A program made the position numbers and the translations under genes. 64,000 nt of DNA from a virus (Duplodnaviria > Heunggongvirae > Uroviricota > Caudoviricetes). The notes beneath the pieces were generated by a model. It was not told the origin of the DNA. It worked only from the letters and a program-made list of their open reading frames with translations, and did not search any database. The stretch is from positions 64,001 to 128,000 of the IMG/VR virus record IMGVR_UViG_3300035661_000015; one strand, given 5' to 3'. Positions 1 to 8,999 of the stretch are shown here, one piece after another. Numbering within the stretch: the first letter of the stretch is position 1; each line of letters opens with the position of its first letter.

Positions 1-2
1 CC

Positions 3-404
3 GATAAATCAGTCTCCAAGATTGAAGAATATTTATCCATGTCGGGCGAAACCGTTAGAAAGCTACATCCGATCGAACTAGCTGAAATCGGCCTAAATAT
101 ATCCTCTTACCTAGTTTTTTTTCAAAAAGAATATAATAGGCATAAGGTTAGATATGATTGGGCTTATGCTGAGATTAACCGAGTTATTGCGGAAGAATTT
201 AAAAATGTGGTAGCCTATAACTATGAAGAGAGAAAGTACCAGGCCATATCGTCTTTAGATTATGCGACCCGATTAGAGAAAATCAGAGTTAAGTCTCAAG
301 CGGCCCTAAACTATATGAACTTCATTGATATTAGATTGACCGAATTCAAGAAAAGTATTAATGACTATAGATACGCAATTAGTCAGAAGGTGGGAGATAT
401 CTAA
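3..404 (+). CDS. Hypothetical helical protein; frame is open to the left window edge, so probably 5'-truncated
   Basis: ORF track gives 39..404, but the same frame has no stop back to position 3 (DKSVSKIEEYLS-MSGET...). Confidence 0.6.
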   Translation, partial: DKSVSKIEEYLSMSGETVRKLHPIELAEIGLNISSYLVFFQKEYNRHKVRYDWAYAEINRVIAEEFKNVVAYNYEERKYQAISSLDYATRLEKIRVKSQAALNYMNFIDIRLTEFKKSINDYRYAISQKVGDI

Positions 405-583
405 TGATCGTTGTAATTTTTGCCACACATACAGATCAAAAAACGGGAAAAAAGTCCCCTGTGGTTTCTCATGGTGTAGATACTGAGACACTTCAAGATA
501 TAGTTTTACCTTTTATAAGAGCCGAAGATGTTCACAAAATAGCTAAGCTAGATATGGAAATAAACGAATGGGTGATAAATTAG
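404..583 (+). CDS. Small hypothetical protein (59 aa), not in the ORF track
   Basis: ATG overlaps the upstream TAA (TAATG); MIVVIFATHTDQKTG...EWVIN. Confidence 0.55.
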   Translation: MIVVIFATHTDQKTGKKSPVVSHGVDTETLQDIVLPFIRAEDVHKIAKLDMEINEWVIN

Positions 584-723
584 AAATAAAACATATATGT
601 ATTCACTGTAGAAAAGAAATATTAAAGGATAGGTTCTTTTGTTCAGAAGAATGTGAATCTAGATTTAAAAATATCGTGGACGTAAAGCCCTTTGAAAAGG
701 CTAAACGTGAGCGGAGAAATTAA
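568..723 (+). CDS. Small Zn-ribbon protein (51 aa; CxxC...FCSxxC pattern)
   Basis: Hand translation MGDKLEIKHICIHCRKEILKDRFFCSEECESRF...; fills the gap before ORF 735. Confidence 0.55.
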   Translation: MGDKLEIKHICIHCRKEILKDRFFCSEECESRFKNIVDVKPFEKAKRERRN

Positions 724-734
724 ATGGGGGGCGT

Positions 735-1466
735 ATGACCAAGTTAGAAAAAGCGATGATGGCGGCTGTTAAGAAGGGTGATATCTTAAAGGCCCAACAG
801 ATCATGGAAAAAATCAACAAATCAATTGAGAGGGCAGCGGCGAAAGCGAAGAAACCGGCCCCTAAGAAAAAGCAGTCGTCTACAAAACAACAAATTATAA
901 AACAAGAGGCTAGGGTCCAGGAAAAGATCCAAAAGGACTTTGTTAAAAAAGAACGGGCCAAGGTTCTAAAGTCAAAGGGTAAATCTCCGGGAAGGCCCAA
1001 AAAGACAGTGGCCCCAAAACCCGTCGAAGAAATTCAGCCGGAACCCGAGGTCGCCCAAACTCCAAAAAAAACCACTAAGAAATTTTCGGACCCCTCGTTT
1101 ATGGCCCCAAGTCGAGATGTAAATAAAAAGAGGGGGGGTAAAAATTATGCCGAACCTACACCTATGGTTAATAAAAATCGTGATATAAAATTCATTGATT
1201 CGAGTGCCTCTTTGTTTACAAATAAGGATAAGCAAAATTTTAAAAAGGACGGGGAGATTGATAAGAAGTTGTGGGGCGACAATGAACCGGGTGAAAGGCG
1301 TGACCCCGTAAAGAAAATATCCGTAGTTTGCCGCGTTTGCCGCAAAAAATACATGGTTTTCCCTTCTCAAATTCCCCCGAACCTTGAGGGCGAATCGATT
1401 GGTTATGTGTGTTTAACATGCGTCCCTTCTAGTGATAGTTCGGCACTTGGAGAAGATGATGAGTAA
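735..1466 (+). CDS. Hypothetical Lys-rich protein with C-terminal CxxC...CxxC zinc ribbon
   Basis: 243-aa ORF; CRVC and CLTC motifs; overlaps the helicase start. Confidence 0.7.
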   Translation: MTKLEKAMMAAVKKGDILKAQQIMEKINKSIERAAAKAKKPAPKKKQSSTKQQIIKQEARVQEKIQKDFVKKERAKVLKSKGKSPGRPKKTVAPKPVEEIQPEPEVAQTPKKTTKKFSDPSFMAPSRDVNKKRGGKNYAEPTPMVNKNRDIKFIDSSASLFTNKDKQNFKKDGEIDKKLWGDNEPGERRDPVKKISVVCRVCRKKYMVFPSQIPPNLEGESIGYVCLTCVPSSDSSALGEDDE

Positions 1467-2916
1467 TTTTTCAGACGCCCCCTTAGAACGTGCCCTACTT
1501 GCCGGTATTATCAAAGGGGGTTTTGACTCATATGTAGATATATCAGACATTTTAGATATTTCAACCTTTACGGTTGACTCAAATCAGGCCATCTATCGGA
1601 TAATTAAAAATGTTTACGAGTCCGATAATGAGGCCCATCTAGATTTTCCGCTTATATTATCCAAAGCAAAAGACCTGGGGATTGCAGAATTCTTTCAGCA
1701 AAATGGAGAAAAAGAGTATTTAGAAAGAATTTTCTCTTTCCCCACTGATCCCAATAATGTTTTCAAATTCGCCGCTAAACTAAGAAAGACTCAGGTCGCC
1801 AAACTTCATTATGAAGAACATATTAAGGCGGCTAAACGGCTGGAAAACCTTACGGGTGCCGAAACCTATGAGGAAATTTTAACAATCTCGAATGGTGATA
1901 TTGAATCCCTGGTGGATAAATTAGATGGTGATAATAATACACCCATGATTTTATCGGAAGGTGTTGATGAATGGTTAGCAAATATTGAAAAGAATCCAGA
2001 TACTTTGCCAGGTATTTCCACCGGGTTTAAAAGGCTTGATTTAATTATAGGTGGTGGTTTACACATTCCTTCTGTTAATGTTGTGGTTGGACGCCCTGGT
2101 AGCGGGAAGACGCAATGGGGGGGTAACTTTGCAATTAATATTAGTTCAAGAGATCAGGACGTTTTGATACTAGACACAGAGATGGATGATACCCAATTAA
2201 AAAATAGAATTTTGGCTTATCTATCTAGAGAAACTTGTGATGATATTAAATTTGGACGAGTATTTAAAAATTCATTCAAAAAGAAGAGAGTCGCGGCGGC
2301 GGCTGAGAAATTTAAAAATCTACCGATTAGTTGGATGAGCGTTAAAGGTAAGCCTATTCAACAAACTATTCAAATTATTAAAAGGTGGAATGCTCGTAGA
2401 CCAAATAAGGATAAGCCCCCAGTTGTTATCTATGACTATATTAAAGTTATGTCTGAGGGGGAAATATCGAATAATAAATCAGAATCAATGATCTTGGGTA
2501 TCATTGCGACCGAATTACATAATTGTATGGCTAAAATTGGCGGTGCTTGTGTAACCTTTGCCCAAATGAATAGGTTGGGACTTAAGGGTCAAGATACGGA
2601 TGTTGTTTTCGGTAGCGATAAAATTCTACAGTATGTAGATACTTTGATGATGTATAAGGCTAAGGGTGAGGCGGATATTGATGGGGAAGATGAAGCGGTT
2701 GATTTAGAATCGGGCAGTCATAAATTATATTTTGCCAAGGTTCGTAATGGTGGCGGCGTCGATCCTAACGATTATCTCAATATTATCTTTGAAAAAGAAT
2801 ACGCCACTCTTAAAGAGGGTAAATTATTTAGTGAAATTAAAAAAGAAAAAAGGGAAAGAAAAAGGCGGGAGGCGGAAAATCAAGATGACGACGATGTTTC
2901 GTTTGACCCAAATTGA
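1456..2916 (+). CDS. dnaB: Replicative DNA helicase, DnaB family
   Basis: N-terminal LERALLAGI; Walker A GRPGSGKT; ILDTEM; Walker B IYDYI; AQMNR; KVRNG. Start moved from 1432 to ATG 1456. Confidence 0.92.
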   Translation: MMSNFSDAPLERALLAGIIKGGFDSYVDISDILDISTFTVDSNQAIYRIIKNVYESDNEAHLDFPLILSKAKDLGIAEFFQQNGEKEYLERIFSFPTDPNNVFKFAAKLRKTQVAKLHYEEHIKAAKRLENLTGAETYEEILTISNGDIESLVDKLDGDNNTPMILSEGVDEWLANIEKNPDTLPGISTGFKRLDLIIGGGLHIPSVNVVVGRPGSGKTQWGGNFAINISSRDQDVLILDTEMDDTQLKNRILAYLSRETCDDIKFGRVFKNSFKKKRVAAAAEKFKNLPISWMSVKGKPIQQTIQIIKRWNARRPNKDKPPVVIYDYIKVMSEGEISNNKSESMILGIIATELHNCMAKIGGACVTFAQMNRLGLKGQDTDVVFGSDKILQYVDTLMMYKAKGEADIDGEDEAVDLESGSHKLYFAKVRNGGGVDPNDYLNIIFEKEYATLKEGKLFSEIKKEKRERKRREAENQDDDDVSFDPN

Positions 2917-3000
2917 AATTGACAATATTGAATCCCCAGTACTTGACTTTATCCGCGACTATGGTACAATGGAGAAAATTCACAACACTCTGGAGGTTAT

Positions 3001-3279
3001 ATGATTCCTTACTTGGTTTTTACAGAAGGTAAAAGTATTATCTTTGGATACTATCATATGGATATTTGTGGTATTCCTACAGATCTAAAGCTTATTAGAG
3101 CTAGAATTGTAGCTTGGATAGATATAACTCTTGAAGAATGTACTATTTTAAGAGCATTTAAGGAAAGTACGAATATCGTCGCAACTAGACCTTTCGAGTA
3201 CATGATAGTAAAACCACAACTTATAATTAAAGTTCCCGAAGACCTTGTTGGTCGTTTTGAAAAAGAGTATGTTAAGTAA
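3001..3279 (+). CDS. Hypothetical protein
   Basis: 92-aa ORF preceded by GGAGG. Confidence 0.6.
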   Translation: MIPYLVFTEGKSIIFGYYHMDICGIPTDLKLIRARIVAWIDITLEECTILRAFKESTNIVATRPFEYMIVKPQLIIKVPEDLVGRFEKEYVK

Positions 3280-4384
3280 TCGGGCCTTCCAAGAAAAAAT
3301 CCGCCTTCTAAACGAATTTCTAGCCGAACATATTGAGGAATTATTAGATGAATTAGGTGTAGGTTATAGAAGGTCGGGCCAAGATTACATCCTCCATTGT
3401 CCTATTCATGGAGGAGATTCTTGGGCCACCACTATCTATAGTCAAGGATCAACTGTTCCTGGTTTTTGGAAATGTAGGACCGCCGGTTGTCATGACCACT
3501 TTGCTAAAAATTTAATTGGTTTTACTCGTGGCGTTATGTCGGCCAATAATGGTTGGTCAAAGCCTGGTGATAAAACTTATGGATTTAAAAATACGATAGA
3601 CTTTCTTTGCAGAGTTTTCAATATTGATTTCGATAAATATGAAGTTAATCTTGTGGCCCTGGATAAAAGGGACTTTATAAAGAGCGGAAGTGAGCGGAAG
3701 AAGTTAGGGGGGCGACCACTAGAGGAAGTTAGGGCGGCCCTCGACATTCCTTCACCCTACTTTTTGGGTCGTGGTATTCCTTGGCAAACCCTAATTAATT
3801 TTAATGTGGGTGAATGTATGAACCCCGATAAGAAAATGTTTCAGAGGGCGACGGTTCCGGTTCTTGATATTGAGGGCAAAATAGCGGTGGGCTCTACGGG
3901 GCGATCTATTTTTGAGAAGTGTCCCAAATGTAAGGGCTTTCATAATCCGGACGAGTATTGTTCTAAGGTGGCTAAATGGATAAATGCGGGTAAATTTGCG
4001 GACACCTATCTTTATAATTTGTGGAACGCGAAGGATAAAATTAAGGAAACCGGAGTTGCCGTACTCTGCGAAGGGCAGGCTGATGTTTGGGCCGCTTGGA
4101 GTGCTGGAATTAAAAATGTGGTCGGTATATTTGGCACCGAATTATCCCCCGGCCAAATGGCGACTTTAGAAGAGTTGGGCACTATGGGTCTAGTTTTATG
4201 TTTAGACAACGACGATGCCGGTAAAAGTGGAATCGCCCGAATAGTTGATAAGTACAGTAAGTTGTTTTACACAAACGCCCCTACATTTTCCGCTCATGAT
4301 TTGGGCGATATGAGTAGTGATAAAATAAAAGAGATAATTATTCCTGAGATTAATAGAATGGAGAAAAAGTGTTCGATTTCTTAA
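3245..4384 (+). CDS. dnaG: DNA primase, DnaG-like
   Basis: Zn-binding CPIHGG...CRTAGC; Toprim LCEGQADVW and LDNDDAG; DLGD; likely start ATG 3269. Confidence 0.9.
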   Translation: MLVVLKKSMLSNRAFQEKIRLLNEFLAEHIEELLDELGVGYRRSGQDYILHCPIHGGDSWATTIYSQGSTVPGFWKCRTAGCHDHFAKNLIGFTRGVMSANNGWSKPGDKTYGFKNTIDFLCRVFNIDFDKYEVNLVALDKRDFIKSGSERKKLGGRPLEEVRAALDIPSPYFLGRGIPWQTLINFNVGECMNPDKKMFQRATVPVLDIEGKIAVGSTGRSIFEKCPKCKGFHNPDEYCSKVAKWINAGKFADTYLYNLWNAKDKIKETGVAVLCEGQADVWAAWSAGIKNVVGIFGTELSPGQMATLEELGTMGLVLCLDNDDAGKSGIARIVDKYSKLFYTNAPTFSAHDLGDMSSDKIKEIIIPEINRMEKKCSIS

Positions 4385-4449
4385 AAAAGACAACAGCGTT
4401 TTTAACAATGTCCGATAGCTATAGAATACTATAATAGAAAGAATTTAAA

Positions 4450-5238
4450 ATGAAACTATTAGGTTTTTCAGGTAAGAAAGATTCCGGCAAAGATACACTC
4501 GTACGTTACATCGTAGGACGAGAATTACAAAAGGTCGGAAAGGTTATTAAGTTTGAGGTTAGTGAAAATACTAACGGCCAACTATTAGTTGATGTTTACA
4601 ATGGTGTTGGCGAAAATGAATTTGACATTCAGCAAGGTATTTTGAATCTTTACATGACCGACAAAGAAACCCTTGACTTCTTCAAAGAATATTGTTATCC
4701 TTATGTAAGAGTATTCGGCTTTGCTGATAAGGGTAAGACTTTTCTAAATGAGTTTTTTGGGATTAGTCGGGAAAAGATGTATGGGACGAATAAAGAGAAG
4801 GATGAGCTAAGTAGTTTTAATTGGGAACAACTTCCAGCTTCGCTTCCTAAAGGCGAGGTTAAGACAATAGGTAGAGTTGTTAAAAAAACCGGCCCCATGA
4901 CTTATCGCGAAGTGATGGAAGAGTGGTTGCAGATTATTTTAAGGGGCGTTGATGAAAAATGCCATATTAACGCAACTTTCAGTGAGATCAATCAGTCAAA
5001 CACCAAGTTCGCCATTATTAAAGATGTAAGAAATGAAAATGAGATCGACGCGATTCAATCAGTTGGGGGTAAAGTAATTCGTCTTCTTAAGGATTCTCAT
5101 GGATCTACCCATGAGGGCGAAATATCCCTTGACAATTACGATCCGACCGGATATGATTATGTCTTAAATAACATGGGTCAAACTCTTGAAGAAACGATTA
5201 AAGAGTTAGAAAAGGTTTTAACTAAGTGGGGGTGGTAA
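4450..5238 (+). CDS. Deoxynucleoside monophosphate kinase (T4 gp1-like)
   Basis: P-loop GFSGKKDSGKDT; FADKGK; IKDVRNENEIDAI; HEGE motif. Confidence 0.8.
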   Translation: MKLLGFSGKKDSGKDTLVRYIVGRELQKVGKVIKFEVSENTNGQLLVDVYNGVGENEFDIQQGILNLYMTDKETLDFFKEYCYPYVRVFGFADKGKTFLNEFFGISREKMYGTNKEKDELSSFNWEQLPASLPKGEVKTIGRVVKKTGPMTYREVMEEWLQIILRGVDEKCHINATFSEINQSNTKFAIIKDVRNENEIDAIQSVGGKVIRLLKDSHGSTHEGEISLDNYDPTGYDYVLNNMGQTLEETIKELEKVLTKWGW

Positions 5239-5254
5239 TCTGCGTAAAATTTAC

Positions 5255-5611
5255 TTGATTCTTATCCTTTTGTTTATATGGTCAACGGGTGTATCGGCCC
5301 AAAACATCCGATCCTTTTTCCCAGGAACCACAACTGGATTCTCCCAAGAGCCGCAAGCTTACAATGAGCAATTTTATAATCCACGCGGAGAATTGGTTAC
5401 ATTGTCGATTTATGGCACAAAGACGTACACTCAGTATGGCCCACGATATTATTTGGGCAATCGTATTCATGGCGGCGTTTATGGAACGTATGGGCATGGA
5501 ACGCGAAACATTGTAAATGGTCAAACCTATGTTAATTCGGGGCATTATAATTCATTTGCCCCATTGCCTCCAGTTCATTTTAATTCAAACACAAATCGGA
5601 GATCAAGATGA
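5255..5611 (+). CDS. Putative exported protein with signal peptide
   Basis: Hydrophobic N-terminus ending VSA-Q; Gly/Tyr-rich body. Confidence 0.55.
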   Translation: MILILLFIWSTGVSAQNIRSFFPGTTTGFSQEPQAYNEQFYNPRGELVTLSIYGTKTYTQYGPRYYLGNRIHGGVYGTYGHGTRNIVNGQTYVNSGHYNSFAPLPPVHFNSNTNRRSR

Positions 5612-5868
5612 AAAAGATTATTTTTGCAGTTGCCGTTGTAGCCTCACTTTGTCTTACCACTAATGTTAATGCACAATGCCCAGGTGGCGTCTGTCCAGTA
5701 CAAACCCGAGTTGTCGGCGGTTTTAATACCGTACGATACGTCCCACAAACCGTTTATGTAAGTCCGGCCCCAGTAGTCCAGTTGGTTCAACCACGTGCGG
5801 TTAAAATTCGTAAGGTTAAGGTTAAGCGTGGTTTCTTTGGCCTTTTTAGTGGTTGTGGCTGTAAGTAA
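5608..5868 (+). CDS. Small exported protein with CPGGVCP motif
   Basis: MKK plus hydrophobic stretch plus VNA-Q signal peptide; CPGGVCP; C-terminal GCGCK. Confidence 0.7.
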   Translation: MKKIIFAVAVVASLCLTTNVNAQCPGGVCPVQTRVVGGFNTVRYVPQTVYVSPAPVVQLVQPRAVKIRKVKVKRGFFGLFSGCGCK

Positions 5869-5884
5869 ATAAGCGGAGAAAGTA

Positions 5885-5914
5885 GGGGTCGTGTAAAAGC
5901 GGCCCTTATTTTTT
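5885..5914 (+). terminator. Probable intrinsic terminator
   Basis: GGGTCG-loop-CGGCCC stem followed by TTATTTTTT. Confidence 0.55.
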
Positions 5915-5926
5915 AAAGGGGATCTT

Positions 5927-6100
5927 ATGGACTTTCGGGAAAGAAAAGCCGAGCGTACCGCATATTATAATAAATATGTAGAGGGTTGGAAAAAGAGAAA
6001 ATGTACGGCGTGTAATGGAAGTGGTTTTTATGACCATAACGGTTCTCCAAAATGTGGTTCCTGTAATGGAACGGGAAAAGAAAGGTATAAAGATGACTGA
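5927..6100 (+). CDS. Small DnaJ-type zinc-finger protein (57 aa), not in the ORF track
   Basis: CTACNGSG and CGSCNGTG (two CxxCxGxG motifs); GGGG RBS-like run upstream. Confidence 0.7.
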   Translation: MDFRERKAERTAYYNKYVEGWKKRKCTACNGSGFYDHNGSPKCGSCNGTGKERYKDD

Positions 6101-6404
6101 CTGTTCTGATCTTGAAGATGGTAGCTTATTAGAATCTGTCGAACTATTACCAAAAACCGATCCGCGTTTGGGTGAGCATCGTTATAAAGGATTAGATCCT
6201 AGTAAAAATAAAATTTTTGTAGATATGATCGACGATGATTTAGCTATTCAACTATATCGTGAAGAAATTACTACTGAAACTTATGGGTACTATAATAAGG
6301 ATGGACATAGGGTAATTGTAAGATCTAGTAAAAATTCTAATTATAGTCCAAGTATAAAAATCCCAGTTAATCAATTGCTATTAGAAGGAAATGAAAATGC
6401 CTGA
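6093..6404 (+). CDS. Hypothetical protein
   Basis: Part of ORF 6015..6404; ATG 6093 couples to the upstream stop. Confidence 0.55.
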   Translation: MTDCSDLEDGSLLESVELLPKTDPRLGEHRYKGLDPSKNKIFVDMIDDDLAIQLYREEITTETYGYYNKDGHRVIVRSSKNSNYSPSIKIPVNQLLLEGNENA

Positions 6405-6708
6405 AATTTTTAGTGATCCGATACCGCTATTAGCATCGATAGATGAAGCTGTCCGTCAGTCACTTTATAAACCGCCGCCCAAATTGCCCAAAAGATATTT
6501 AGTTTTCTTTTCAGACGTAGAATCTAAATTGGTTGGCTGGGACCATTTTTATATTGCCTTAGATGATATTGAAGAAGCGAAAGATATTTTGGAAAAATTA
6601 AAAACCACCTATTGTCAAAGTATGGATAGGTTAGGGTGTGGTTGCGAACATGGCGGACATATTGTTGACATTAATACGATGAAAATTGTTTACACTCTAG
6701 ACGAATGA
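6391..6708 (+). CDS. Hypothetical protein
   Basis: 105-aa ORF coupled to its neighbours. Confidence 0.55.
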   Translation: MKMPEIFSDPIPLLASIDEAVRQSLYKPPPKLPKRYLVFFSDVESKLVGWDHFYIALDDIEEAKDILEKLKTTYCQSMDRLGCGCEHGGHIVDINTMKIVYTLDE

Positions 6709-6914
6709 AAAAATATCTCGGCTGGTTTGCCAATGCCCTTCTGATTGTAGGGGCCATTTTAATTGGAGAGAAGTATAGGGTCGCTTTCCTCTTTACTTTT
6801 TTGGGCGAAGTCCTATGGACCATTCGACTCTTAAAAAGTCGCCAGTGGGACATGATAGCCATCTGCGTTATATTTGGCCTAATCGCCCTCAAGAATTTTA
6901 TTTTTTGGACATGA
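6705..6914 (+). CDS. Small membrane protein (about 3 TM; PnuC-like fragment possible)
   Basis: Three hydrophobic segments in 69 aa. Confidence 0.55.
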   Translation: MKKYLGWFANALLIVGAILIGEKYRVAFLFTFLGEVLWTIRLLKSRQWDMIAICVIFGLIALKNFIFWT

Positions 6915-6944
6915 TTATTACATTTTAATTAAGGATATACAAAA

Positions 6945-7328
6945 ATGAAAAAGATTATTTTTTCCGCAGTAGCTTTCGCCGCCATCACCCTAACTTCTTC
7001 CGCTCATGCCCAGGCCCCCGTTAGTGACCCTCAAACATTTTTAAATTGGGTCAACTCTTATCGTGCTTCTGCTGGTCTTCGTGCCGTAGGCTATGATCAA
7101 AATTTAGCAAATTGGGCTTATCAAAATAGTTGTCAGCAAGCTAGTCGTGGAATTGGACACTTTGTAATGGGTACAGCTAGACGACAAAATAGTGGTATGG
7201 GGGCTCTTAGTACAGTTTGTCATATGTGGACAACTTCACCCGCACATAGAGCGGCTCTACTTGATCCAACAATTAGTTTTGTCGGTATTGCGGGGGCCGG
7301 AATGTATTGGACTTATAATGCCTATTGA
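6945..7328 (+). CDS. Secreted CAP/SCP-domain protein
   Basis: Signal peptide ending AHA-Q; VNSYRASAGL, YDQNLANWA, GH, WTTSPAHRAALLDP, VGIA match CAP-domain signatures. Confidence 0.82.
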   Translation: MKKIIFSAVAFAAITLTSSAHAQAPVSDPQTFLNWVNSYRASAGLRAVGYDQNLANWAYQNSCQQASRGIGHFVMGTARRQNSGMGALSTVCHMWTTSPAHRAALLDPTISFVGIAGAGMYWTYNAY

Positions 7329-7470
7329 AAAACAAAAGGGTTTAATTTATGCCGCTAGGGTAAGTCCCGGTTGCACTTATCCTAAAAATAACGGTTTTGA
7401 TTTTTTATTTTTATGGTTGATTATAAGTATTTTTATTTGGTTTTTAATGAATTTAAAATAAGGGGCTTAT

Positions 7471-7743
7471 GTGGAAACTTTTTCAATTTATGGCGTATGT
7501 GACTACTTGAATGACTTGCTAGATCTTGATAGGTCTTCAATTTCAGAGATTTTTACTAATCAGATTTTGGTAAATGCAGAATTAGAAAATGTAATTATTG
7601 TAAACCAAGATGGTAAGACTGGACCACTTGGTATTCTTAATGGCCTTTTTATTAATTCGGAAAACGTAATCGTAAAGAACTATGATGAGGAAACGGGTAT
7701 TGTGTCCAGTTTTTCAATTCAGCCAAAGTTGAAATTCGCCTAA
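7471..7743 (+). CDS. Hypothetical protein
   Basis: 90-aa ORF; GGGG upstream; stop overlaps the next ATG. Confidence 0.55.
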   Translation: METFSIYGVCDYLNDLLDLDRSSISEIFTNQILVNAELENVIIVNQDGKTGPLGILNGLFINSENVIVKNYDEETGIVSSFSIQPKLKFA

Positions 7744-8750
7744 TGTTTATAACCTACTTAAGATCATCTAGCTACAACGCGTATTCAGAGTGTCAGCAAA
7801 AATACTATCTGAATTATGTTTTAAATATCCCTTCGACCAGCAATAAACGTGCGGCGATTGGTAATTGCTTTCATAAGGCCGCTGAAATCTTAGCACAGAA
7901 AAAATTAATGGAACAAGATGGGGTGACTTCTTACGAAGATGATCTTGGGACCGTTTTCCTTTCTGATATCACTATTGACTTTGCTATTGAGAGCGGGTAC
8001 AATCATTACGTAAAGCTTGAACCGGACTGGGACTGGAATGAGAGGTCCGATAAGAAGGAACTTTATAAGTGGATGGACCAGCTACTCAATAGTTGGTTTG
8101 AAAACTATTCGCCCCTAACCTCTAATATAATTGCCCCCGAAAAGAAGTTTGACTTCGTTATCGAAAAAGATTGGGCAAAGTACGTGTACAATATTAGCGG
8201 AGAACAAGTGGTGGGGCATCTTGGAATCAAGGGCACTTCTGACTTGGTTCGGGATTTGGGTGACGGGACTATCGAGGTTGTAGACTATAAGACGGGCAAA
8301 ACCCGCAACGACTGGATTACGGGCGAAGAGAAGAATTATAAATCTTTCTGCAAAGACCCCCAACTCCTCTTGTACTATTATGCCATGAAGAACACATATC
8401 CTGACGCCAAGGATATTATTATGACCATTATTTATATGGAAGCTGGTGGTCCTTTCTCCGTCCCTATCGGTGATTTAAAAATTCCCCAGATTGAAGACAT
8501 GTTAAAGACGCGGTTCAAGGAAATTAAAGAGAATCAGCGGCCCACCCTAAATAAATCTTGGAAGTGTGCCAAGTTCTGTCACTATGGAAAGAATATCCAA
8601 CCGGGATCAACTGACACGATCTGTAAGTTCTTCGCTGACAAAGTTCGTAAAGATGGCGTGAATAAGACGTTTGAAAACTATGGGGATTTAAATAAATTAA
8701 CATCCTATCAAGATGGTGGCGGAAGAAAGGCGAAAAAATCAGATGGATAA
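7743..8750 (+). CDS. PD-(D/E)XK nuclease, Cas4/RecB-like
   Basis: RSSSYNAYSECQQKY; GNCFH; GTSDLV; VVDYKTG; QLLLY; C-terminal CAKFC..C cysteine cluster. Confidence 0.85.
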   Translation: MFITYLRSSSYNAYSECQQKYYLNYVLNIPSTSNKRAAIGNCFHKAAEILAQKKLMEQDGVTSYEDDLGTVFLSDITIDFAIESGYNHYVKLEPDWDWNERSDKKELYKWMDQLLNSWFENYSPLTSNIIAPEKKFDFVIEKDWAKYVYNISGEQVVGHLGIKGTSDLVRDLGDGTIEVVDYKTGKTRNDWITGEEKNYKSFCKDPQLLLYYYAMKNTYPDAKDIIMTIIYMEAGGPFSVPIGDLKIPQIEDMLKTRFKEIKENQRPTLNKSWKCAKFCHYGKNIQPGSTDTICKFFADKVRKDGVNKTFENYGDLNKLTSYQDGGGRKAKKSDG

Positions 8751-8979
8751 ATTTGAAAAAATGATTTGTGGTTTTATACTAATCATGGCCCTAACCATAT
8801 CCCTACTGATGGGATCTATTTTATTCAATTATTTAACCTATAAAACACGGATTGCTAGTCGTGATAATATTTATTATGATGTAAAAGTAATAGAGCGTGA
8901 CGAAAATTATATCATTTTTATCGATAAATGGAAAGCAAAGCATATCATTAACGGGTCGTATGAATATACGGAAAAATAA
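8713..8979 (+). CDS. Small membrane-anchored hypothetical protein
   Basis: One hydrophobic helix; likely start at ATG near 8743. Confidence 0.5.
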   Translation: MVAEERRKNQMDKFEKMICGFILIMALTISLLMGSILFNYLTYKTRIASRDNIYYDVKVIERDENYIIFIDKWKAKHIINGSYEYTEK

Positions 8980-8999
8980 ATAAGAAAGAGGAAAATACT

